This document shows, in pieces, positions 35,308 to 45,300 of a DNA stretch of 64,000 nucleotides. This DNA is from an uncultured Bifidobacteriaceae bacterium. Its GTDB lineage: Bacteria; Acidobacteriota; Vicinamibacteria; Vicinamibacterales; JAENWD01. The translations under genes were made by a program, and so were the position numbers. The stretch lies in assembly GCA_964446605.1 (NCBI GenBank), contig CAYUPN010000009.1, positions 1,721 to 65,720 on the forward strand, read 5' to 3'. Numbering within the stretch: position 1 is the first letter of the stretch; each line of letters opens with the position of its first letter. The notes beneath the pieces are model-generated. The model made no database searches, was not told where the DNA came from, and saw only the letters and a list, made by a program, of their open reading frames with translations.

Positions 35308-36461
35308 GCCGCCACCTCCAGATTGCGGAGCAGGCGCGCGAGCACGGTATCGGAGTCGAAGCACTCTTCCGCGATCGCGCGCGCGGCCCGTGCGTGTGCG
35401 CCGTAGTCCCGCCGGACGCGCCGGACACCCTCGACGGCTTCCTCCATGGTCGTGAACGCCAGGAGGCCGGCGCCGGTCGGCAGGACGTGCATCAGTCCCG
35501 TGTCCTGCGCGACGACGGGACGGCCCGATGCGAGATAGCAGACGCTGCGGTCACTGAACCAGCCGGTGGGCCGGACGACGTACCCGCTCTTGGCGATGGC
35601 GATCTCGGCGAGTGAGCCCTGCACGAAACGCTGGAACTGATCGGGCGTGCCCGCGGCCGCCGTTGGGTCGAGCAGCTCCCAACCGGTCGCCCGGAGCGCG
35701 TCGATGTCGGGCCGTTCGTCGGGATGGATCCCGAGCGCGAGCGCAAAGCGATCGCCGGTGCGCGCGGGGAGATCCAGGAACTGCCGGAAGGAATGCGCCT
35801 TCTGTCCGAAGAGGATCCCGTCGGCGGTAATGGACCCATACCCGCGCCAGTTCGCCACGGTCGTGAAGGCGTCCCGTTCGACGGCGGGCCCGGCCGGCGG
35901 CCAGTGCTCGAGGACGATCGGCTGCCGCGTCGCAATCCAGCGCCGGCCGAGGGCAGGCAGCCCGCTCTGCGACAGCGTCACGCCGATCGTCACGAAGTCC
36001 GTGTGGGCGTCGAGGCGCATGTCGACCCCCTCGACCGCCTGCCAGAGCTGCGTGAACCCGGGATCGAGATCGAGATAGACGCGCCGTACCGCCGCGCCGA
36101 GAATGTCGTCGTCCTTCAGCACGCCGGACACGTTGAGGAGCAGATCGGATTCCCGTGCCGCCTGGATTGCAACGGCGCGCGCCCGCCCGATGGTTTCGCT
36201 CTCTCTCTCGAGGAGCAGGGTGGCGCAGTCGTCGAGGCCGAACCGCGACACGAGCCTCCTGAACCACGCGGCGTGATGCGATCGCGCGAGCGGCACCCCG
36301 TCCAGCCCGGGCATGCCGCGCTCGAGCGGATCGATCCAGAACACGTGGTGCCCGAGCTGCCGGAGCCCCAGCACATACTGCAGCAGCGCCCAGGCCCAGC
36401 CGCCCTGTCCGGGCGCTCTGGCGGTGCTTCCCGCGACGACGATGCGCAACGGCTCCGGCAT
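35304..36461 (-). CDS. GT-B-fold glycosyltransferase-like protein, uncharacterised paralog family (member 1 of 4)
   Basis: N-terminus ..GQGGWAWALLQYVLGLRQLGHHV... The C-terminus ..WFSDRSVCYLASGRPVV.QDTG.. resembles Glyco_trans_1_2/CgeB-type C-terminal halves. Confidence 0.55.
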   Translation of the reverse strand: MPEPLRIVVAGSTARAPGQGGWAWALLQYVLGLRQLGHHVFWIDPLERGMPGLDGVPLARSHHAAWFRRLVSRFGLDDCATLLLERESETIGRARAVAIQAARESDLLLNVSGVLKDDDILGAAVRRVYLDLDPGFTQLWQAVEGVDMRLDAHTDFVTIGVTLSQSGLPALGRRWIATRQPIVLEHWPPAGPAVERDAFTTVANWRGYGSITADGILFGQKAHSFRQFLDLPARTGDRFALALGIHPDERPDIDALRATGWELLDPTAAAGTPDQFQRFVQGSLAEIAIAKSGYVVRPTGWFSDRSVCYLASGRPVVAQDTGLMHVLPTGAGLLAFTTMEEAVEGVRRVRRDYGAHARAARAIAEECFDSDTVLARLLRNLEVAA

Positions 36462-36462
36462 G

Positions 36463-37620
36463 TCAGCGCTCGCCGGCGCCCGCGTCCTCGAGGAAGCGGG
36501 GAAGGACGACGTCGGCGGCGAACAGCTCGCGGGCAATCTGCGTCGCGGCGCGCGCGTGCCTGTCGTAGTCGCGCATGATCCGGCGCGCGCCGTCGCTCGC
36601 CTCGAGGGGGGTGCCGAAGGCGATCAGGCCTTCGCCGACCGGCAGCGTGCGCGTGAAGCCCGTGTCCTGCACGAGCGCCGGCCGGCCGGACGCCAGATAG
36701 CGGGTGGTCCGATCGCTGAACCATCCGCTGCCGGTCTCGACGTAGATGCCCTGCGCCACGGAGAACTCCGCGGCCGAGTGCTGGACGTAGGAGCGGAAAC
36801 GCTCGGGCGTCGCGGCGGCGGCCCGCGGGTCGGAGAGCCGCCAGCCCGCGCGATCGAGCATGACGCGGTCGGCCTCGTCGGCCGGATGGATATCGAGCGC
36901 GATCTCGAATCGCTCGCCGCTCAGGGCCGGGAGCGTGGCGAACCGGCGGAACTCGTGAGCCTTCTGGCCGAACGTCCGCCCGGCGAACTCGACGCGGCCG
37001 AAGCTGCCGCGCCAGCGGGCGACGGTGGTGAAGCCCGCCGCATCGGGCGCCGGGCTGGGCGGCCACTCGTCGAGCATGACCGGCGGGCGGACGATCCGCC
37101 ACTCGCGGCCGCAGGTCGGGATGCTGCACTCCGGACGGCCGATGTTCTCGCCTATCGTGAAGTACACGTCGTGGCCGTCGAGCGGCAGCAGGCCGGCCGC
37201 ATGCCAGAACTGCGTGAAGCCGGGGTCGATGTCGACGTACGCGCGCCGGCGCACGCGCGAGAGGACGGCGGGCAACCGGAGGTGGCCGGAGATGTTGACC
37301 AGCAGATCCGCGTCCGCGGCCGCATCGAGGAGATCGGAGTAGGGCAGGCCCCAGGTCTCCTCGCCGTCGCCGCAGATCAGGCACGCACGCGAGGCCAGTC
37401 CGAATCGCTCGACCGTTCTCGCGAAGTAGTCCCGGTTGATCGACGCGTCGAATGAAGCCGGGCGCCCCTCGGCGTCCGTCAGGCGCGCCGCGTCGATCTG
37501 CTCGACGAAGAGCACGTCGAGCCCGAGCGACCGCAGGCCGAGGACCCAGCTGAGGCGCACCCAGGCCTCGCCGCCGTTCAGGGGCGTGTTGGCCAGCGCG
37601 CCGGCGACGAGCACTCGCAT
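36463..37620 (-). CDS. GT-B-fold glycosyltransferase-like protein, paralog family member 2
   Basis: Alignable by eye along its full length with 35304..36461 (DIDPGFTQFW, FGQKAHEFRRF, WFSDRTTRYLASGRPALVQDTG). Confidence 0.55.
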   Translation of the reverse strand: MRVLVAGALANTPLNGGEAWVRLSWVLGLRSLGLDVLFVEQIDAARLTDAEGRPASFDASINRDYFARTVERFGLASRACLICGDGEETWGLPYSDLLDAAADADLLVNISGHLRLPAVLSRVRRRAYVDIDPGFTQFWHAAGLLPLDGHDVYFTIGENIGRPECSIPTCGREWRIVRPPVMLDEWPPSPAPDAAGFTTVARWRGSFGRVEFAGRTFGQKAHEFRRFATLPALSGERFEIALDIHPADEADRVMLDRAGWRLSDPRAAAATPERFRSYVQHSAAEFSVAQGIYVETGSGWFSDRTTRYLASGRPALVQDTGFTRTLPVGEGLIAFGTPLEASDGARRIMRDYDRHARAATQIARELFAADVVLPRFLEDAGAGER

Positions 37621-37633
37621 GCACCAGCCTCCG

Positions 37634-38794
37634 TCAGGCGGCTCCCAGCCGCTGCAGCAGTTCGCCGAGCACGCGATCCGAGCCGAAGTACTCGGCCGCC
37701 AGTTCACGCGCCGCGCGCGCGTGCTGGTCGTAACGGGCGGCGATGTCGTCGGCGCCGGCCCGCGCTTCGTCGAGCGTGCGGAAGGTCACGAGTCCATCGC
37801 CGGTGGGGTACAGCGCCTCGATACCGGTGGACTGCGCCAGCACCGGCCGGCCGGCGGCGAGATAGCCGATGCTCCGGTCGCTGAACCAGCCGCTGTTCGT
37901 GTGCACGTAGATGCCTTTGGCAATCATCAGCTCGGCATCCGATCCCCAGACGTAGCTGCGGTACTCCCACGGACCGCAGGCCACGCGGCGTGGATCGGCG
38001 ATCGCCCATCCGTGCTCACGGAGCCTGGCCAGATCGGCGGCGTCGCTGTCGTCGATGTCGAGCGCCACCTCGAACTCCGGCCCCGGGTCGCGTGGCAGCG
38101 CGGCGAATCGCCGGAACTCGTGCACCCGCAGGCCATACGTCCGGCCGCGATACGCGACCGGCGCGTACGGGCCTCGCCAGGCGCCGACGCTGGTGAAGCG
38201 GCGCGCCGTGCTCCGGGGCGGCGCATCCCACCAGTCGAGCAGCGCCGGCTGGCGCCAGGGAATCCAGGGAATCCCGCAGTCCGGAATGGCGCAGTCGGCC
38301 CGCCCGATGTTCGCGCCCACCGTGACGTAGGCGTCGTGCCCGTCGAGGAACCGCGTCTGGCCGAGGTCGTGCCACATCTGCGTGAACCCCGGGTCGATGT
38401 CGATGAAGACGCGCAGCGAAGCCGCCTCCAGCACCGCGGGATGGTCCACGAAGCCCATGACATTCAGCAGGCAGGCCGACTGGCGCACGTGCCGCAGGAC
38501 GGCGTCGAACGACGGCGCGCCGACAACCTGGCGGCCCTGGTCGTGGATGAGCGCGGCGGATCCCTCCAGTCCGCTGCGCCGGACGACCTCGCGCCAGTAC
38601 GCGAGGTTCACGGAGTCCTCGAACGCGGATGGGGCACCGGCCGCGTCGCGGCACATCTCCGGTTCGAGCCGATCGAGCAGGAGCACGTCCCAGCCGAGGC
38701 GCTGGAGCCCGAGCGCGTACTGCAGGAACACCCACGCGTGGCCACCCTGTCCCGGGCGCTGCGCGATCGATCCCCCGACCACGATCCGCTTCAT
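37634..38794 (-). CDS. GT-B-fold glycosyltransferase-like protein, paralog family member 3
   Basis: GQGGHAWVFLQYALGLQRLGWDV, DIDPGFTQMW and WFSDRSIGYLAAGRPVLAQSTG. The start overlaps the upstream stop (ATGA). Confidence 0.55.
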   Translation of the reverse strand: MKRIVVGGSIAQRPGQGGHAWVFLQYALGLQRLGWDVLLLDRLEPEMCRDAAGAPSAFEDSVNLAYWREVVRRSGLEGSAALIHDQGRQVVGAPSFDAVLRHVRQSACLLNVMGFVDHPAVLEAASLRVFIDIDPGFTQMWHDLGQTRFLDGHDAYVTVGANIGRADCAIPDCGIPWIPWRQPALLDWWDAPPRSTARRFTSVGAWRGPYAPVAYRGRTYGLRVHEFRRFAALPRDPGPEFEVALDIDDSDAADLARLREHGWAIADPRRVACGPWEYRSYVWGSDAELMIAKGIYVHTNSGWFSDRSIGYLAAGRPVLAQSTGIEALYPTGDGLVTFRTLDEARAGADDIAARYDQHARAARELAAEYFGSDRVLGELLQRLGAA

Positions 38795-40185
38795 GCCGCG
38801 CGTCCCTCCAGGTTGAAGATCACGCAGTCGGCATCGCGCCACACGGCGTGATACCGGGCCTCCAGGTGCCGTGCGAACAGCCGGTAGTGCTCGAGCCACC
38901 AGAACGCCGCCGACGGGAATACGAGATACGCCGCGCCGAGCTCCCGCAGCGTCTCGAGGTGCGTGATGGCTCCATCGTCGTCCGGGGGGTAGCCGTCCGG
39001 CATCAGCCGCCGATCGGGGAAGTGCCACCCCGTGCGGCTCGCCAGGTGGAGCAGGGTTGGATCCCACTTGTCGACGGCGGCCACGCGGCGGCCTCGGGGA
39101 ACGACTGTCTGCACCACGGTGGCGATGCGCTCGAGCGTGCGGTCCCAGGCGGCATCTCCGCCGGCCGCCCGGCGCAGGCGCGGCGCCAGCCGGGTCCCCT
39201 CGAGCGCATCGGCGAGTCGACGGAGCAGGGCCCCGGAGCTCCGGTGGACGGCGATTTCACTGTGCCCGTCGAGCGCCTCGGCCAGCGGGGCGGCATCCGC
39301 CGCGCAGAGCGACGCCGCTGCGGCGTGGGGTGCGACGGCCTCCTGCGCGAGCGTCCACTCACCCCGCGCGACCGCGTCGCGTGCGAAGAGCACGGCCTTG
39401 CCCAGCAGCGCGAGACGCGCGAGCCGGTACGTCGCGTCGCGGTCCGGTATCCGATCGGCGCAACGCGAGAACACGTGATCGATGACCGCCGCGTCACAGT
39501 GCAGCCGGGTGCCGGGCCGATGCGACGCCGTGGTGATGCTGCCCGCGTGCTGCCGGTACTGGGACAACGGCTCCGCCACCCAGGCCAGATCGGCGTCGAG
39601 CGCGATGCGCAGCCACATGTCCCAGTCCGTGCTGCTCGGACCGATGTGCGTGGCGTACGGGCCGACGCGGTCGTGGCACTCGCGGCGGACCAGCACCGGC
39701 GCGGTGATGTAATTCAGCACCGCCAGCTCGCGGAATACCTCCCGGCCGCGCTCGACGACATCGCGGTCGAACGGCATCGGCCAGGGCGGCAGCAGGCGCC
39801 CGTCGGCGGCGATCACCTCGAAAGCACCGTGCACCAGCCCGGCACCGGGATGCCGCTTCATGGCTGCAACCAGTCGCGGGAGCGCATCCGGCAGCAGCCG
39901 ATCGTCGGCGTCCAGCCAGAGAATGAACCGGCCGCGGGCCGCGGCGAGGCAGCTGTTGCGGTTGGCGGGAATGCCCACGCGCTGCGCATGCCGGACGTAG
40001 CGCACGCGGCGATCGCCGCACGCCCGCACGACCTCCGCCGTCGCGTCCTCCGAGGCATCGTCATGCACGAGCACCTCGAGATCGCCGATCGGCTGGGACA
40101 GGACGCTCTCGAGCGCGTCAGCCAGATACGGCGCGCAGTGCCGCGCCGGCATGCACACCGAGATCGTCGGCGCCCGCATCGGCAT
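38791..40185 (-). CDS. GT2-family glycosyltransferase with a C-terminal FWWL-motif domain of unknown function
   Basis: ISVCMPARH....L..ALESVLSQ...DLEVLVHDDAS.D, plus LDADD. The C-terminus reads ...HFPDRRLMPDGYPPDDDGAITHLETLRELGAAYLVFPSAAFWWLEHY. GGGAGGA lies 8 nt before the ATG at 40185, and the gene overlaps the upstream gene by 68 nt. Confidence 0.7.
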   Translation of the reverse strand: MPMRAPTISVCMPARHCAPYLADALESVLSQPIGDLEVLVHDDASEDATAEVVRACGDRRVRYVRHAQRVGIPANRNSCLAAARGRFILWLDADDRLLPDALPRLVAAMKRHPGAGLVHGAFEVIAADGRLLPPWPMPFDRDVVERGREVFRELAVLNYITAPVLVRRECHDRVGPYATHIGPSSTDWDMWLRIALDADLAWVAEPLSQYRQHAGSITTASHRPGTRLHCDAAVIDHVFSRCADRIPDRDATYRLARLALLGKAVLFARDAVARGEWTLAQEAVAPHAAAASLCAADAAPLAEALDGHSEIAVHRSSGALLRRLADALEGTRLAPRLRRAAGGDAAWDRTLERIATVVQTVVPRGRRVAAVDKWDPTLLHLASRTGWHFPDRRLMPDGYPPDDDGAITHLETLRELGAAYLVFPSAAFWWLEHYRLFARHLEARYHAVWRDADCVIFNLEGRAA

Positions 40186-42343
40186 CCAGTCGTCCTCCCT
40201 GCAGTTCCTCGAACAGCCGCATGTACTGCGCGGCGATGAGACCGACGTCGAAGCGCTCGCGCGCGAACCGCCGGCAGGCCGCGCTTCGTCCGTCGAACTC
40301 CGGCTGCATGCATTCGATCAGATCGGCGGCCGCGTCGGCCTCCTCGAATCCGTACTCGGCCGGGTAGAGCTCGTTTGCGCCGGGCCACTGCCGCACGATC
40401 GGCAGGGCGCCGCTCGCCATGCCCTCGGCCACGGCCTGGTGCGATCCCTCGAACTCGCTGGTCGAGAGCACGAACCCGATTTTCGTCAGCCACTCCGGCA
40501 CGTCGGGGCCGGGCGGGTCGAAGACGATGGCGTCGGCGGCCGGCGACGAACGCACGCGCTCATAGAGGGCCTCGTAGTACTCGCGCTCCGCCGGCTGCCG
40601 CCAGAGCCAGTCGTAGCTCCAGGGATGCTGGGACTTCACGAACAGCGTGTAGCGGCTGTCGCGGCGGCGGAGCCGCTCGATGACGTCGATGGCGAGATCG
40701 GGCGCCTTGCGCCGCGGGTTGATCCCGATCACGCCGAGGTTGAAGCGCGCGCCGTCCAGCTTCGGCTGGTCGAGGCGGTCGCACGGCAGCGGGTTGTAGA
40801 CAAGCGCGGACCGCTCCTGGAGGTGCGGACGCGCGGAGACGCAGTCGCGCATGATCCGCGGGGCGATGAAGAGCAGCCGGTCGACCCTGGGCCAGCGGAT
40901 CCGATCCAGATAGGGCAGACCGCGTTCCTGCAGGTGCAGCCGGACGACGAGCCGCTGCCCCTCGCGCACGTGGTGCGAGTACCACTCGGCATTGCCGAGG
41001 CACCACTCGCAGAACACGATGTCGGCGCGGGCGAGGAGATCGGCGCTTCGGGCCGTGTCCTTGATCGCATGGCCCGTGTACTCGTCGAACAGCAGTTCGT
41101 ACTGGCCGGACCGCTCCAGGACGTCGAGTATCGGGCGCAGGAACTTCAGGTCGTGCCCGGCGACCAGCAGGCGAATCGGACGTCGTCCGGCGGGCCGGGA
41201 TTCCCGCAGCACCGGCGCCAGGCCGGCAGCCACGCGGTCGAAGGTGAACGCGGCGGCCGCCTGCTGCACGGCGTGCGACGCCTTCCGGTACGCCTCCGGC
41301 GACGAGGTGAGCGCGATGAAGCGGTCGACGACTTCGCCCGCGCTGGTCACATAGCCCGTGTAGCCGTCGCCGAACACCCGGCGCTGCACGAGGCTCGGGT
41401 TCATCAGCACCGGGATGCCGAGCGCGCCGTACTCGAGCACCTTCGTCGACATCTCGAGACTGTTGTCGAATGCCGGCGCGCGCCACGAGATCGCGACGTC
41501 CACGCGGTCGAGCAGCGCCGCCGCGTCCGCGCGGCTGACGCCCCCGTGCCAGATCACGCCCGGCGAATGCCGCAGCCGGCGCCGGACGGCGTCCTCGAAC
41601 CCGGGGACCGGCGGCGCGTTGTGAATCTTGTCGCCGACCACGTGCAGCTCCGCGCCCGGCACGCGCGCACGGATGCGCTCGAAGGCGTCGAGCGTCTCGA
41701 GGATCAGATAGGGCGGCGACAGCTTGCCGGAGTAGCCGAGGCGCGGCGCCCGCGGATTCGCGACGGTCCGCTCGCGCTCCGCGACCGCCGGAATCATCGG
41801 CGGCAGCAGGACGATGCGGGCGGATGCGCCGAGGGCGATCCGGACCGCGGCCCGCGCCTCGTCGGTCTGGCAGAGCAGCCCCGCGCAGCGCGCGGCCAGC
41901 GCCCGGAGTTGCTCGCGCGCGTCCCCGACGGCATAGCGCGCCGGGTCGGTGACGTAGGCCCAGAGCCGCGGGCCGACGCCCGGCTGTGCCGCCAGGAGGC
42001 TGGCCGTGTCCACGCCGCGGATCAGGAAGCGGTCGACCGGCGTCGTCGTTGCGACGCGGTCGAGGACCCGCGCGGCGTCCTCGGCCTGCAGTCGCCGGCG
42101 GCTCCAGGACGCGGGCGCGACGGCATCGGCCAGGTGCGCATTGGCCGGCGCCCACGGGTCGACGAACGTCACGCCCGGCCGTGAGGCCAGGTCGCGCACC
42201 AGCACGTCCCGGAGGAGCGGCGTGCGGCGGAGCAGCAGCACCTCGGCGCCGGATCGGACGAGCACCTCCGCGATCGACGTCAGCCAGATCGCCGAGCCGT
42301 CGATCAGGTTCAGATCGATGTCCCCGTACAGGAGGACTCGCAC
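40118..42343 (-). CDS. Dual GT-B (GT4/GT1-like) glycosyltransferase, two tandem modules
   Basis: Module 1 reads ..DGSAIWLTSIAEVL...VVGD...LEYGALGIPVLMN. Module 2 reads ..LLVAGHDLKF...SEFEGSHQAVAEGMASGALPIV. It uses a GTG start. Confidence 0.65.
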   Translation of the reverse strand: MRVLLYGDIDLNLIDGSAIWLTSIAEVLVRSGAEVLLLRRTPLLRDVLVRDLASRPGVTFVDPWAPANAHLADAVAPASWSRRRLQAEDAARVLDRVATTTPVDRFLIRGVDTASLLAAQPGVGPRLWAYVTDPARYAVGDAREQLRALAARCAGLLCQTDEARAAVRIALGASARIVLLPPMIPAVAERERTVANPRAPRLGYSGKLSPPYLILETLDAFERIRARVPGAELHVVGDKIHNAPPVPGFEDAVRRRLRHSPGVIWHGGVSRADAAALLDRVDVAISWRAPAFDNSLEMSTKVLEYGALGIPVLMNPSLVQRRVFGDGYTGYVTSAGEVVDRFIALTSSPEAYRKASHAVQQAAAAFTFDRVAAGLAPVLRESRPAGRRPIRLLVAGHDLKFLRPILDVLERSGQYELLFDEYTGHAIKDTARSADLLARADIVFCEWCLGNAEWYSHHVREGQRLVVRLHLQERGLPYLDRIRWPRVDRLLFIAPRIMRDCVSARPHLQERSALVYNPLPCDRLDQPKLDGARFNLGVIGINPRRKAPDLAIDVIERLRRRDSRYTLFVKSQHPWSYDWLWRQPAEREYYEALYERVRSSPAADAIVFDPPGPDVPEWLTKIGFVLSTSEFEGSHQAVAEGMASGALPIVRQWPGANELYPAEYGFEEADAAADLIECMQPEFDGRSAACRRFARERFDVGLIAAQYMRLFEELQGGRLDADAGADDLGVHAGAALRAVSG

Positions 42344-42344
42344 G

Positions 42345-45300
42345 TCAGGCCTCCACGAGCGCCAGCATCGGCGATTCCATCGGCGCGGCGCTGCCGTATG
42401 CCACGTGCGCGTTCTGCACGTAGTTGAACGCGTCGATCGACAGGATGTCCTCGGACGGACGCGAGAAGACGCGCGTGGTGCGAACGGCCTGCAGCACCTC
42501 GGGGGTGAACGCCGCGCGCCGAGCGACCAGCGTGCCCGACGGCACGCTGCGCACCGGATGGAACTCCGACCCGGGCGTCACACAGACGACCCGCGTCTGC
42601 CCCTCCCGGCGCTGGAACGACTGCTTGCCGAAGAAGTCCTGGGACGCGTACTCGAGCGCGAGGGCGTGGTCCCGCAGATAGTCGGGGCCGTAGTGATCGC
42701 GCGGATCCATCACGGCCACGGCGTCGGCGCTGGACGATCCGATCGCCTCCTGCCAGAGATCGCCTGCCGTGGAGCTCGCCCGCACGGCGATGCCCGGCAG
42801 TTGGGCGTGCCACCACTCCAGTGCCGGCGCCGGCGTGCCGTCCCCGGGGACGATCACGACCTCGTGCGGCCGCAGCGTCTGTGCCCGGATCGCCGCGGCG
42901 AGCGGACGGGGATCCTGTCCCGCCTGCAGCGGCACGAGCACCGACACCGAGGGATCGTGGTCCTCGGCGCGGCGGAGGCCGATGGTCTCCCAGACGGTGG
43001 CGAGGCGGCGGCGGTAGGTGTGCCCGCTCAGCACGCGGCGGATCCCCCGGAGCGAGGCCCGGGCCCACTCGCCGCCGTTGAACAGCGCCTCGAGATGCCG
43101 GCGCGTGTCCTCCTCGGACTCGGCGATGAAGACCGCGTCGCCGAGCAGTTCGACGATCCCGCGCGCATAACTGCTCACCACGGGCGTGCCGCAGGCCAGC
43201 AGCTCGAACACGCGGCGCGAGAACATCGTCGGCGAGTCCTTGACCGAGTTGACGTTCAGGAACACGCGATATCGCTTGTAGGCGCGCACCATCTCGTCGT
43301 ACTCGAGCCGCCCGCGGATGGCGGGCTGGTACACGTCGGGGAAGCTGTAGCTGTCCCGGTCGCTCGACGGAATGCCGGCCTGCCGGTCGTAGATGTCGAG
43401 GCCGTACTCCAGCGCCGGCAGCAGGATGTGCGCGAGATCGCGGCGTCGCTCGTCGTGCCGGCTGCCGTAGTACGTGCCGGCGAAGCAGACGAGCCCCGTG
43501 CGTGGTTCCGTCTGCACCGGGTTGTGGAGCACTGGCTGGGCCGCGAACGGCAGCGCATGGACGCGGTCGTGACCGAAGTGCGCCCGGTACTTCGGAATGC
43601 AGCGGGCGTCGCTGGTGAACACGTAGTCGAACGCGGCGCTGCGCGCGAGGAACCGGTCGAAGTGCACCGGGTCCTCCTTGTTCCAGAACACCGTGGGGAT
43701 GCCGCGCTTCTTCGCCCAGCGCACGAGGTCGAGCAGCTCGTCCCCCATGTTCGTGGGATAGGTCGCGATCCGGTACTTCCACGCGCCCTCGTTGCCCTGC
43801 CACGCCGACTCGACGAAGACGACGTCCGGCGGGTGGGCCTCGAGCGTCTCGCGCCAGTTGTCCGGACGGAACGTGATCAGGCGCGCTTCGGGGCGCAGAC
43901 AGCTCGCCGTGAACCGGTCGAGCACGGCGGCGACCGCGATCGGATCGCCGCCGGCGCGGCGTGCCGGCGGCTCGCTGACGGCCGAGGCCGACACCATCGA
44001 CGGCTTGTGGATCGCGGGCGCGCCAGCGGGGGCAGGTGCGGGTACGGGTGGCGCGGCGGCTGCAGCCGGGGTCTCGGCTGCTGGCGCGGATGCGCCGGAA
44101 TCCGCCCGTCCGTTCCCCGTCGCCGGAGGCGTGGGGAGGGAAGACGCACTCCGGCTCGGCGGGACGGCCGGCAGCCCGGAGGCTGGCGTCGTGGGAGGTG
44201 CGGCCGCGGGAGTACCCGGATCGACGGCGGTACGTGGGGCGGAGCCCGCCGCCTGTCCCGCACCGAATGCGGCGGCCGCCCGTGCGACGGTGTCGTCCGG
44301 CAACGGCTGTTCGCCCGGCCGCGGTTCGCGGGACAACCGCAGCAGCAGTCCCAGGTCCGGCTGATACGCGACCGGCGTGGTCGCCGCAGCCAGGTAATCG
44401 CGGAATTCCGCGTAGTGAGTGAGCCACCAGAATGCGGCAGCCGGCAGCAGCAGGTATTCCGCTCCGCTGCGGATCAGTGCCTCGAGGTGCGCAATCGCCC
44501 AGGCGCTGTCGAGCGGATGGAAGCCCGCGTACGTGCCATGGGCGTCCTGCGGGAAGTGGAGCCCGGCCTGGCCGCGCAGCGTGACGAGGCGCTCGTCTCC
44601 CTTGCTGACCACGAGGATGCGCGCACTGCGGGGGCACGCCGCCGCGGCGAACTGCCGGAGGCGATCGGCCGTGGCCTCCTGCTCCTGGTCGTGCCCGTTC
44701 CGTCGTTCGCGGGCCTGAAGGGCCTGCTCGCGGGTCTGCAGCTGCTTCTGCTGCTGCTGCAGCTTCGCCGCTTCGGTCTGCAGCCGCTTTTCCTGCTGCT
44801 GCAGGCGCTCGAGCTGCTGCAGCTTCTTCTCCTGATCCTGCAGCCGCTTCCGGTAGCCGGCGTCGAGGTCACGCAGTGCGGCGAGGTGCTGCTGCTCGCG
44901 CTCGCGCAGCGACGCGTCGAGCCGCTCGGCCGCGCGCTCGGCCCGCGCGAGCGCCGCCTGGCGCGCATCCGCCATCAGCTCGGCATCCTCCAGGCGGGCT
45001 TCGAGCTTCTGGACCGCGGCGGCCCGCAGCCGCGCGGCGCGCAGGTCGGCCTTCAGATTGCGCAGGAACGTCCGCGCACGCCCACGGTCGGCCTCGACCG
45101 ACAGGCAATGCTCTTCGAGCTGTCGCAGCAGCGCGTCATCCTCCTGCGGCGCGGCGACGGCCGCTTCGCGCGAGCGCCTCGTGCCGGTGTACCGGATGTA
45201 CGTGTCCTCGACCGTCACCGAGATCGTGTCGAAGTACGCCCGCGTGAGGCGGACGAGCGACGAGGGATAGAAGACGCGCTTGTGATCGACGTGGTCGTGC

